NCBI GenBank assembly: GCA_964016885.1
Contig: OZ024741.1
Coordinates: 191,518,001-191,582,000, forward strand
Length of the DNA: 64,000 bases
Source of the DNA: Eledone cirrhosa
Lineage: Eukaryota
Reading direction: 5' to 3'
Shown here: positions 63,419-64,000 of the stretch, piece by piece
How positions within the stretch are numbered: position 1 is the stretch's first letter
Layout of the letters: each line of letters begins with the position of its first letter
Translations under genes and position numbers: made by a program
Notes under the pieces: generated by a model
The model's input: the letters and a program-made list of their open reading frames with translations, nothing else
Database searches by the model: none
Told to the model about the DNA's origin: nothing

Positions 63419-64000
63419 GCTGGATGCCCTTCCTAACACCAACCACATTTACAGTGTGGACTGGGACGTTTTTACCGTGTTACCTACATGGCCACATTAC
63501 AGCATGGACTGTGTGTTTTTTGTTGTGACACCTACACAACCTCATTAGTTTGGACTGGATGTTGTGGTACCAGCATAACTTTATAGAGAAAGGGTGGTGT
63601 TGGCGGGAGTGGGAGGATGATGTAGCGGTAGTGGGTTGGGGTGTATGTTTGGTTTGGAGGGGCTTACAGACTGTGGGTTAACTTTGCATGTGGGCAAGGC
63701 GGGTCTTCTGTATTACTGCATGGTGCCAAAGATCTTGGTCCAGTGACATTGTCTTAGAGAGGTGCAAGTGTGTAAGGTCAGAATTTATCAACTCGTCCCA
63801 GGTTTTTCTGGGTCTACCTACTCCGTAACTTCCATCAATGTTGATCGCCCTGCACGTTTTTATACAGCTATCGTCTTTCATGTGCATCACGTGACCAATC
63901 CAACGTAGTCTTTTCTCAAGTAAACAGTATCTGATCCCTCTTATTCCTAATTTCTCACTTAGTTCATTTATGTTTTGCTGTTCGCGTATATTACTATTAC
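63419..64000 (-). mobile_element. RTE LINE 3' region, runs off the window
   Basis: Contains LRWIGHV and GVGRPRKTWDELI. The 3' UTR is shared with 4735-5000. Confidence 0.85.

Overview
Repeat-dense eukaryotic DNA, very probably from an octopus or other coleoid cephalopod (inferred from the SINE/RTE repertoire and microsatellite load). One host gene is visible: the 3' half of a LOXHD1-like multi-PLAT gene on the + strand. I could splice 12 GT-AG exons in frame from 2363 to a TAG stop at 38909, plus one candidate linker exon. Compared from memory with vertebrate LOXHD1, the exons match the end of PLAT7, then PLAT8, 9, 14 and 15, with no trace of PLAT10-13. The rest is decayed mobile DNA: RTE LINEs (one nearly full length, with a PHD finger inside the RT), CR1, Dong/R4, Tx1, two Penelope-like elements, a piggyBac transposase relic, a Helitron helicase relic, non-autonomous Helitrons generating a ~178-bp satellite, two tRNA-derived SINE families, MITEs and foldbacks. 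There are no prokaryotic features. All family calls come from motif recognition by eye, and repeat boundaries are approximate.
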